This document shows, piece by piece, positions 48,628-56,338 of a stretch of 56,338 nt of DNA. Made by a program: the position numbers and the translations under genes. The stretch comes from Gemmatimonadales bacterium (GTDB lineage: Bacteria > Gemmatimonadota > Gemmatimonadetes > Gemmatimonadales > GWC2-71-9), in NCBI GenBank assembly GCA_039794085.1, contig JBDIWC010000027.1:1-56338 (forward strand), given 5' to 3'. Under the pieces are notes generated by a model. It worked only from the letters and a program-made list of their open reading frames with translations. It searched no databases and had not been told where the DNA came from. Numbering within the stretch: the first letter of the stretch is position 1; each line of letters starts with the position of its first letter.

Positions 48628-51600
48628 TGCGTGGCCCGGAGACGATCCCGGAGGTTTGCCGCCACCGGGTTCATGCAGTCCGCGCCGAACGGCACCGTCG
48701 TGGAACTGATCAGGGTGAAGGGAGCGGTGGTGGCGCGGGTCGTCACCAGGCAGGTCAATCGGCCACCGGAGACCGTTCCCTCCCTCAGGGTCATGCGTGC
48801 CGCCTGGGCGTCGATCTGCGGCATCTCGAAGTTGAACCCGAAGTCGCTGCTAAAATTGTTGAATATCCCCGAGGGGTAGGCAAAGCGCTCCGGGAAAGTC
48901 ACGTTCGCCCCGATGGCACCCTGGGAGATTCGGTGGGCCGAATAGGTCAGGGAGGGATTGGGGCCAAAGGCAAAATTGAGGACTTCACCGAGAACGAACA
49001 GATCGCCGTCCGGACCCCACACCGCACCAGTGCTGGTCCCCCCGGTACAGCCGTGAGCCCTGACTCGGCTCCGGTCACTGGTTTGGATGCTGATCTTCCA
49101 CGTGGTGTTCTGGGACCCGAATCCACACGCCCCCACCTCGGTTGCTCCCACCAACAGGTCTTCCCCCGTCGGAGAAAACGCCAGCCATCGGATGAAGGTC
49201 GACACCAGGGTAGCCGATTCCACTCGGTCCTCCAGCCGCCCGAGGTTCTCGATGGCTCCGGAACCACGCCGGATGGTAACGTGATAGCCGAGATGCATGC
49301 CCACGAGGTTCACCCCAACGTCCGCCGGAGCGTCCACTGGATCCCCCCACCAGATATCCACCGTGTCCGATTCGAGAAAGCGCCGGGCATACAAGGTCCC
49401 CAAGGCCCTGCCCAACCACATGCCGGAATTGAGCGACATCTCGAAGCTCGGGCCACTCAAATCGGGAGGGGTGTTGAACCGGAACCCCGACACCGCCATC
49501 TTCCGGCCACCCTGGGCAACCGAGACGTCGTGGTACGGCTGTGCCAGGGGCGGTAGGGAAATCATTTCGGTTCCTCGCGCACGTTTGAGGGCGATGCTCT
49601 GGCTCCCTACTCCCCCCGTGAGCACCGCCGGGAACCCGCAAATCGGGATCCCCGAGCGCTCGGCGGAGAGGAGGGAGAGGGCCCCGTAGGCGTCGAGCTG
49701 GTAGATCGTCTCCGGGGCGCCCGCCACCGGCTCCGCGGCCACCGAATCCCCGGTCGCGGGGTCGAGCCGTGCCACCCGGGCCCCGCGGAGGATGTAGTCC
49801 TTCACCTGCGCCGCCGTGAGCGTCGGGTCCATGGTCCACAGCTGCGCGGCCACCCCGGTGACGAACGGAGCTGAAAACGACGATCCAGAAAGCGCCAATG
49901 ATGTCTGGTTGCTTGCGCCCAAGGTCAGTATCCGCTCCCCGGGCGCCAGGATATCCGTTCCCCCCTTCCAGAAGTTCGTACCTGAAAGGAAGGTTCCATC
50001 AACTCCGGTCGCACCCACCGTGATAATATGGTCCGCCTTCCCCAGTGAGTCCCGAAGTATCGCCACCGCCTTGTCAAGTGCAGAGAACATAGTGTCGGTC
50101 GTTCCCCGCAGCTCGGACATCGTCGGGGTCAACCCATCGTTACCTACCGCATAAACGAGGATCCCACCTCGCCGAAAATATAGGTCGAATGCCTTCACGA
50201 GGTTGCGAATCAGCAAGGACTCTGCCGGAAAGCCAATGTCGGACGACAGAGACAAGAGACGTGTCTTCTGTATGTCACTCAGATCCTCGAAATGCTTCCA
50301 AAGCTCCGTCACCACGTCTCTTGACTTCCCGCCGGACTTCCCATAGCCATAGATCGTGAGGTCCGCATTCCACATCACCCCCGCAATTCCCGTGGCGTTG
50401 TCACCTTTAGCTGCGAGAATTCCGGCTACCTGGTTTGCGTGCTCGAGATCCTCTCGAGTTGGCAGCGGGGTGAATTCAATCAGACCGCTGGGCTCGCGGA
50501 TCACAACTCCAGGGAGGTCCACATGGCTTTTAGCCTCTCGATCAATCACTGCAACCTTGACCGTGTTCCCATACATTCCGTTTTCGCAGCCCCATGCCAA
50601 GGGAGCCCGGATAGCAAGCAACCCTCTCGTCGCATCCGTTGCCGTTGCCGAAAACCAATCCTCTCGAGTTGATTGCGGCCCATCATTGGGATAACGAGCC
50701 TTCAGCCGAAACCGACCACGCCAAGTGGGAATATATGCGCCGAGCACCCCCGGTTCCCTGTCAATCTCGTTGGCGATTCGGTCAATTGCTTCGTAGGTGC
50801 CGCCAGGATCTTGGACTTGAACAAAGAACACTGTGGCCGGGAAGGCGCCCGTTCCTCCGATGATGACGCCTTGGTATTTCACAAGAATCTCCTGGATTCT
50901 CAGCCCGCTCGTCGAGTCATCAAACATCACGCCAACAATGTCCCGGTAGTACCGAGCTTCGGTACTCCAAGGAGCAGTCACGGTCCTCGTAGAGTCATCC
51001 GGAAGATCGAAGCTCGCCGGAATCACCGGCCGACTGGTGTCCCCCACCACCAACTCCATGACCAGCCGCGGCATTGTCCCGCTCTCCCGGCTCCCGAACT
51101 CCACCCGGCCCGCCTGACCCTCCAGGGTCTTCTTAAGGATCCACCCATGGTGCTCCCCACTCCCTGCGAGCACGGCCGCCAGCTCCGCGGTCACATCGAG
51201 CGACACCACCCCGGTCAGTCCATTCGTGATCGTCGCTGTCGCCGCCGGGACCTCCTCCCAAGGACGTGCGCCGCTCCCGCCCATGGCCCACTCCGTTTCG
51301 CCCGTGCAGTCAGCCCGGGAATTCGATGGATCGGCATCCACGGCGCAGTTCCAGGTGGCCCCCGCCTCGGTCCACGCCTGAGTGAGCCGGTGCAGGTCGA
51401 TCGTCCGTCCCGTACTACCCCAGTTGTTGGCGTTGACCGCGATGGTGAGCTCGAGCCGAGCCCCCTGAAGCGTGCCGGCCCCCACGGCGGCCGCGATCGC
51501 CGCCCGGTCGAACCGGAGCAGCGCCCGGTTGTTCCCGCTCGCCTGAAGACGAAGGATCGGATCAGCGCCCTGCGACTGATTCGGGGCCCCCTGCCGGAGG

Positions 51601-51749
51601 TACGTATCGGCCGCCGGCAGCAGGGTCGTTTCCTGCACCGAGGCCACGGTCTGGAATTCGGCTGCCCGTTGTCCGGTATCAGGGTCCTGCTCGGTGGGGA
51701 AGAGGCAACCCGACGCCACCACGGCGCCACACAACGCGATGAGACTCAT
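48624..51749 (-). CDS. Lipoprotein: DNRLRE/CBM96-like domain + S8 subtilase + C-terminal beta-rich domain
   Basis: GGAGG RBS; lipobox ASGC; PAADTYLRQ...RALLRFD...WTEAGATWN; triad VAVID, EHANQVAG, GSSFSAPFVTG; oxyanion AVGND. Confidence 0.85.
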   Translation of the reverse strand: MSLIALCGAVVASGCLFPTEQDPDTGQRAAEFQTVASVQETTLLPAADTYLRQGAPNQSQGADPILRLQASGNNRALLRFDRAAIAAAVGAGTLQGARLELTIAVNANNWGSTGRTIDLHRLTQAWTEAGATWNCAVDADPSNSRADCTGETEWAMGGSGARPWEEVPAATATITNGLTGVVSLDVTAELAAVLAGSGEHHGWILKKTLEGQAGRVEFGSRESGTMPRLVMELVVGDTSRPVIPASFDLPDDSTRTVTAPWSTEARYYRDIVGVMFDDSTSGLRIQEILVKYQGVIIGGTGAFPATVFFVQVQDPGGTYEAIDRIANEIDREPGVLGAYIPTWRGRFRLKARYPNDGPQSTREDWFSATATDATRGLLAIRAPLAWGCENGMYGNTVKVAVIDREAKSHVDLPGVVIREPSGLIEFTPLPTREDLEHANQVAGILAAKGDNATGIAGVMWNADLTIYGYGKSGGKSRDVVTELWKHFEDLSDIQKTRLLSLSSDIGFPAESLLIRNLVKAFDLYFRRGGILVYAVGNDGLTPTMSELRGTTDTMFSALDKAVAILRDSLGKADHIITVGATGVDGTFLSGTNFWKGGTDILAPGERILTLGASNQTSLALSGSSFSAPFVTGVAAQLWTMDPTLTAAQVKDYILRGARVARLDPATGDSVAAEPVAGAPETIYQLDAYGALSLLSAERSGIPICGFPAVLTGGVGSQSIALKRARGTEMISLPPLAQPYHDVSVAQGGRKMAVSGFRFNTPPDLSGPSFEMSLNSGMWLGRALGTLYARRFLESDTVDIWWGDPVDAPADVGVNLVGMHLGYHVTIRRGSGAIENLGRLEDRVESATLVSTFIRWLAFSPTGEDLLVGATEVGACGFGSQNTTWKISIQTSDRSRVRAHGCTGGTSTGAVWGPDGDLFVLGEVLNFAFGPNPSLTYSAHRISQGAIGANVTFPERFAYPSGIFNNFSSDFGFNFEMPQIDAQAARMTLREGTVSGGRLTCLVTTRATTAPFTLISSTTVPFGADCMNPVAANLRDRLRATQ

Positions 51750-51940
51750 GCGGAACCTCCCTGTGTCACAGGAGACGAACTCCGGGCGCCATGCGTGACA
51801 CCGGAGCGGAACCGCACTGGATCCCGCTATCACGGAATGCGAGCGGTCAGATGCAGAAAGTTGCGCGGGGGGGGGGGGTACTCCAGAACGGGGCTCATCA
51901 TCTCCTCCACTGGCGTTGGGATACACCACTCGACCCTCTC

Positions 51941-51969
51941 AAGCTGGGAAAGATCGTGGCGCGTGTCAA
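51941..51969 (-). promoter_or_regulatory. Putative sigma70 promoter of the subtilase gene
   Basis: TTGACA-17 nt-CAGCTT on the minus strand. Confidence 0.4.
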
Positions 51970-52136
51970 GCACTTTGTTGTGGTGTCGGCGGGTTGTCAC
52001 ATGCGAACCCACCCTGGGGCGACCACGAGTCGGTTCGCCCCTGAGCCCTTGGGTGCGTCGCGTGCGGCGCACCATGCCCGTGCGGAGGGTCAGTTCACCT
52101 GGATCCGGGTCGGGCGCCGCGCCTGGCACACCGATC

Positions 52137-53237
52137 TCAACGGACGACGGTGGAAAGTATCCTTAGACGAGGGAATGGATCGTTGGACAGAGAGATCGCC
52201 TGCGCAGCCGTGACCTCGATCAACGGAGGCAAGTCATCGCGTTCACCTAGCACTCGTCCGTCCTTGGAAACCAGGAACGTCTTCCTGCCCACCACGGTTC
52301 GCCCAGCGACGAAGTTTCCTTCGAGTCGCTCGAACTGCACTCCGACGATGCCTCCCGGACTCGCGAACACGCTCGCGCCGACATCCGCGATTCCATCCTG
52401 CGGAACGATGTGACGCACCCCCCGTTCAGTGTCCTCGATGCGATGAGGCCTGAGATTCGGAAAGACTTTTCCCCATCGCTTTTCCCCATCAAGGGAAAAC
52501 GCCTTCGCTTCAGGCAGCCAGTGAGAGACCAAGAGAATCATCTCCGACTCCGCCGAGCAGGCCATTTCAGCCGGACTGAGGATGCGCTCGCGAATCGGGT
52601 TGCGAGCACCAGAACTTTGGCCGAATCGCTCTCCGAACCGGCGCCCGATTGGGGTACCCAGCGAGTCTATCTCCATTATGGGTGGCTGATCGCTGAGGGG
52701 CAGGTACAGGAAGATCCGAGAACCCACAGAACACGCCCGCTCCGCAAAGACCGGTACGGGAAATTGCCCACGCAGGCTCATTCCGTTTGCGGTGATCTCC
52801 ACGACCGTCATTCGGGAATTACGTGGATCGAGAACCCCGACCCCTGTTTTCCCCACACGCACAACCGCCCTCGGAGAGAGGAACTCGCCAGGCCCACTTC
52901 CTGTCCTTCCGAAGCGATCGACCAACCGGCCGGTCGAATCGAATAGCAATAATTGGCTCCTTGCCTCATCAAGCACCAAGACCCTGCTCTCGAGTACGAA
53001 AGCTCCCGCTAACTTTCCAAAAACCACTCCCGTGCCCCTGCCTGACATCGCCGTGTCGGGACTGCCAAGGGCGAGACGTTCCGCACCAAGCCTGAACTGT
53101 TGCCCCACCACCTGGGAACCCGGCACAACCATGCCCAGAAGCAGAGTGAGACGTGTCAGCCGAGCAATGTCCCTGTGAACCAACCGGCCCGTTGAGGACC
53201 GGACCCAACCCTCAAGTGACCAGCGATCAATTCTCAT
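52137..53237 (-). CDS. 6-bladed beta-propeller (NHL-like) exported protein
   Basis: VLVLDE...LLLFDSTGRLVDRFGRTGSGPGEF...P; hydrophobic N-terminal stretch; start uncertain. Confidence 0.8.
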   Translation of the reverse strand: MRIDRWSLEGWVRSSTGRLVHRDIARLTRLTLLLGMVVPGSQVVGQQFRLGAERLALGSPDTAMSGRGTGVVFGKLAGAFVLESRVLVLDEARSQLLLFDSTGRLVDRFGRTGSGPGEFLSPRAVVRVGKTGVGVLDPRNSRMTVVEITANGMSLRGQFPVPVFAERACSVGSRIFLYLPLSDQPPIMEIDSLGTPIGRRFGERFGQSSGARNPIRERILSPAEMACSAESEMILLVSHWLPEAKAFSLDGEKRWGKVFPNLRPHRIEDTERGVRHIVPQDGIADVGASVFASPGGIVGVQFERLEGNFVAGRTVVGRKTFLVSKDGRVLGERDDLPPLIEVTAAQAISLSNDPFPRLRILSTVVR

Positions 53238-53868
53238 CAGCACCATTCCCTCTCTTCTCCCTACTGTGCTGCACCGTATCAGATGCCAACGGACCGCCGC
53301 CCGATGCCATCACGCCAGGAAGGGACATGATGTCCTCTGTGCCAGTATACCTACCTACTATTGAATCCTGTCCCAAGGATATGCCAGCCATGCTGAACTG
53401 CCGAGTCCGCAGGACAAGGACAACCTGTGGAACCTCCGGTTGTCCCGGCGAATCCCTCCAGACGAAACGAACGAGGCCCTCATTAAGCCAATTACCACCG
53501 AGCACGTATTGGTCGAACCGACCCATCTTGTCCAGAAAGCGTAGCCCTTCCTGGCGATTCCTATCCATCGCGATGCCAAGAGTACCGAACGCGAGTCCCC
53601 TCGCCTGTGCTCGTCCAGCAAGCGAGGCCTTTAGCACTTCAAGAGAATCGGGAAATCCCTTCGCTGTGGAGGCGCCACACCATGAAGATCCGATTAACAC
53701 AAGCGTTAGCTGTGGTCTGCTCTGTTCCTCCAGGAATGATACGACCTTCTGCTGCCAAGCCAACGAGTCCGCCGCCGAAATAACGGTAGAGGTCCGAGGC
53801 GGAAGAGACTCGCCCGCGCACCCGGAGCAAAGCACTATCCATGGAAGCACGCACAGCTTTCGCCACAT
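53227..53868 (-). CDS. Thioredoxin-like-fold lipoprotein (CxxS)
   Basis: Lipobox-like CSGC; beta-strand LVLIGSSW followed by CGAS; LGIAMD; VPQVV cis-Pro-like motif. Confidence 0.55.
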   Translation of the reverse strand: MWRKLCVLPWIVLCSGCAGESLPPRTSTVISAADSLAWQQKVVSFLEEQSRPQLTLVLIGSSWCGASTAKGFPDSLEVLKASLAGRAQARGLAFGTLGIAMDRNRQEGLRFLDKMGRFDQYVLGGNWLNEGLVRFVWRDSPGQPEVPQVVLVLRTRQFSMAGISLGQDSIVGRYTGTEDIMSLPGVMASGGGPLASDTVQHSREKRGNGADEN

Positions 53869-53901
53869 GATAGCATCTGTGCACATAGCCAGCAATCTCA
53901 T

Positions 53902-54135
53902 CTAAAATGGGTTAAGTGTTCCCTCGCAAAAGGAGGTTTCACAGGACATCGGATTCCAAGGGTCGAACTGGCAATTCACCCCCGGCTGCCAGGTGCAAAG
54001 CGAGAACAAGCAGCCGCCGTTTACGCAGTGAAGGCGCGTATCAGTAGTAGCTTTCGCGGAAGCAGCTATCAAAGCGATCAAACCGAAGGAAACCAAACCT
54101 ACCGTGACCGGAATGAGAAATCGCTTGAAACTCAT
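53902..54135 (-). CDS. Secreted six-cysteine peptide A (77 aa)
   Basis: GGGAG RBS, signal peptide ending ASAKA, six Cys; homologous to its neighbour. Confidence 0.8.
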   Translation of the reverse strand: MSFKRFLIPVTVGLVSFGLIALIAASAKATTDTRLHCVNGGCLFSLCTWQPGVNCQFDPWNPMSCETSFCEGTLNPF

Positions 54136-54233
54136 GGCCATCTCCCAAATCAAGGAGTGGAATAAATTGCCCACCGCCGCAACGATCGGACGAAACGACT
54201 GGAGGTCGGGTTCCTCTGCCTCGAACAGCCGGC

Positions 54234-54485
54234 TTATGGCTCCAAGGCAGTGTCACATGGAGCAGTATCGCAGATGTCCTCGGCAAGGAAGTGGCACTGC
54301 ATGTACGGCCCCCAGATACAGGTCTTTGGCCCACCGACTTCCGGGCATCTGCCATGGTTGCAGTGGAGAGGACTAGCGGCCCGAGCCCCTCTCTCAGGCA
54401 GAACGAAACCGGCGAGGGTGACGGCGACGACCACAATAATCGCAGCTACAGAACTCCGCCTCCTCCAACTGTGATCGCCTATCAT
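54234..54485 (-). CDS. Secreted six-cysteine peptide B (83 aa)
   Basis: GGGAGAGG RBS, signal peptide ending GARA, six Cys; homologous to its neighbour. Confidence 0.8.
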   Translation of the reverse strand: MIGDHSWRRRSSVAAIIVVVAVTLAGFVLPERGARAASPLHCNHGRCPEVGGPKTCIWGPYMQCHFLAEDICDTAPCDTALEP

Positions 54486-54504
54486 GGATCCCTCTCCCGC
54501 GTTG

Positions 54505-54563
54505 TGACGAATCAACTGCTGGTGTGTTACCCACTATAACACCTGAGGCGCCCCAAATTACCC
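54505..54563 (-). promoter_or_regulatory. Tandem ECF-type promoter candidates
   Basis: GGGTAAT-15 nt-TGTTA followed by GGGTAAC-16 nt-CGTCA, upstream of peptide B. Confidence 0.45.
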
Positions 54564-54576
54564 AACCAACGCGCCT

Positions 54577-56051
54577 TTACCGCCCGGGTGGTCGGGGGCT
54601 ACGAGTGCCCAACCACAACTGGCGTACCTTTCGCCGAGCCCGCCGCGTGATGCCTTCCACAAAACGTGACGTCTTGCCTAGGAGCCCGGCAATTTCCCTC
54701 GCTTTCCAGCCCTCCAAACATGTCAGAGCCTCACCGTCCTGTCGGGCTCTGCCAGACCTTCGATCGCAGCCCGAACTCCGGACACCCACGCATCCCCTCC
54801 TCCGGACCCGAGTACAGGCTCCACACAGCATTCCAGTAAACTCCCTCCTGATCCCTTGACGAGAAGTTCTGTCCGCCTCGATCGATCACGCAGGTGGTTC
54901 ACTGCACGACGCTGCCCAGCATCCCAGAAGTACTGCCCGGCCAGCTTCCGCTGCCGGAGTTCTGCGCGATTCTCCCAGATCTTTGCCCAAATCTCCGCAG
55001 CCACGTCTTCGGCATCGTCGCGGGAGAGGCCTCGACTCATCACGGCGCGGAGCGTACGATCTTGGTGTTTCTGCCACAGACAAGAAAACCATACGTCATC
55101 CGCCTCGGGTTCCAACTCAGTGACGAAGCCCCGCACTCCGTTCATCGCCCCTTGAGATCGGGTATTGCTGGAAGCCACCGCTCGAAGATCCGATTCTCCT
55201 GACAAACTCACATGTCCGCTGCATTGTTCTACCTGAACTGGTATTCCCGAGAACATGCCCGCTGGCGTTGTCCGCGATACCCAGCGCAGGATGCATTCCG
55301 TCGCTCCAGATCGGAACAGTGTGGCCGCCTCAATGCCGAGGCGGCGGCATTCCAGATCCAGCTCCTCAAAGGATTTGAATCCTGCTTGCTTCACCACGTC
55401 CGTGATGTCACCGTGGCTCCGCACCTTGATGAGCGTCCCGTAAAGCCTGGCCGCGAAGCAAAATCCCAGGATTCCAGAGTGCATGGCCTCCGAGACGCGC
55501 TCACCTATGGCAACGTCAAGGGGGAGGTCAGTGCTACTCTGTTCCCAAATTCCGTCCTTCGCATCACACACCAGCTTAGCCAACGCGAGCCGACACCTTG
55601 GCGTAAGGCCCTCCGGCAGCGCGTACAGGAACCCTCGAAGATCATCCGGAAGTAGGATCCCGGCCAACCGGAGGGCTGTCATGTCAGGACCTTCCTCAGT
55701 CCTTCGAACCCGAAACATCTGCAGGCCGGACCGTGTGTCGTTGGACGGAAGTACCTCTCCTTCCGAGTTGTCCAAGAGGATCACCTCGATGCCGGCTGCG
55801 ATCAGAGGGTTCAGAGGGGAGGAGGACCCCACCCCACCCCTTGGGCCCAGATAGCGTTTCCACGCTTGAACGTCCATCAATAGGACGACTGGCTCCCCAG
55901 ACTGGATGAGCCCGGAGGTGTGCGGAAAGGAGCCGAGAGGGTGGATTACCCAACCGCGATCAAAAGCTTCCCTTAAGATCACCATGGCCTCGCATACACA
56001 CGTCAGGACATCCAGATCCCCAACCTCCACTGCAAGTCGCCCCCCCATCAT
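54577..56051 (-). pseudogene. AraC-like regulator joined in frame to an ECF sigma factor, with a frameshift before region 4
   Basis: ITDVVKQAGFKS...CRRLG (AraC-like HTH); region 2 DDAEDVAAEIW...AVNHLR; frame stops at 54723 while region 4 (LEGWKAREIAGLLG...TRRARRKVR) continues in another frame to 54577. Start uncertain. Confidence 0.7.
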
Positions 56052-56338
56052 ACCCACCCTTTTGATTGTGAACGCATCCAGTCGTGGTAGCGACTTCTCC
56101 CATCCTCTTCCGCTTCCCGCCACCGAACATGCAAGTGCACCCGCAGTACCTCCCCGTTCCACAGGAGACGAACCCAAGGTGCCGGGCGGGATATCGAAGC
56201 AGGCCCGCCCAGATTCGGTTGTCGCGGATGAGCGGGGGGGGGGGGGGGGGGGGGGGACGGGAAAACCTTGCCCTCCCCCCCCTCCACAACACGATACTTT
56301 TCCACGTCAAACAAACCACCGCCTTTCACCTCTTTTTT

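Noticed and set aside
48624..51749. Diversity-generating retroelement acting on the subtilases
   Set aside because: No reverse transcriptase and no near-identical template/variable repeat pair differing at adenines was seen.
53902..54485. Classical RiPP precursors (ranthipeptide, lanthipeptide)
   Set aside because: They have Sec-type signal peptides and no modifying enzyme nearby; the only radical SAM in the window is HpnH.
56234..56338. Long poly-G/poly-C/poly-T tracts as a functional element
   Set aside because: They lie at the window end and are low complexity; likely low-quality sequence near a contig end.

Overview
High-GC bacterial window, most likely Gemmatimonadota (inferred from gene content). 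Its core is a ~19 kb lipid locus made of two divergent arms. The minus arm is ispH followed by a translationally coupled phosphonolipid-type operon: CDP-alcohol phosphotransferase, 2OG-Fe(II) oxygenase, HpnL/flippase-like protein, cytidylyltransferase, PepM fused to a cytidylyltransferase, Ppd and AEP transaminase. The plus arm is a hopanoid operon: an MMPL/RND + PhnD-like + TatT/TPR-like trio resembling the BstABC sterol transporter, then shc, hpnH, hpnA, an hpnG-like gene and squalene synthase, ending at tRNA-Cys. The middle of the window is mostly housekeeping (two DAACS symporters, tal, tkt, csp, SBP + MCP, MFS, lepB, TolB-like, bcp, M14 peptidase, ada) with many short intergenic repeats. 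The right end is a lower-GC accessory locus: an AraC-like/ECF sigma gene with a frameshift, two paralogous secreted six-cysteine peptides, a thioredoxin-like lipoprotein, a beta-propeller and a mosaic DNRLRE-subtilase lipoprotein. A truncated paralog of that subtilase lies at the left end, apparently cut by an IS1380-like insertion. All calls come from motif reading by eye; no searches were run.
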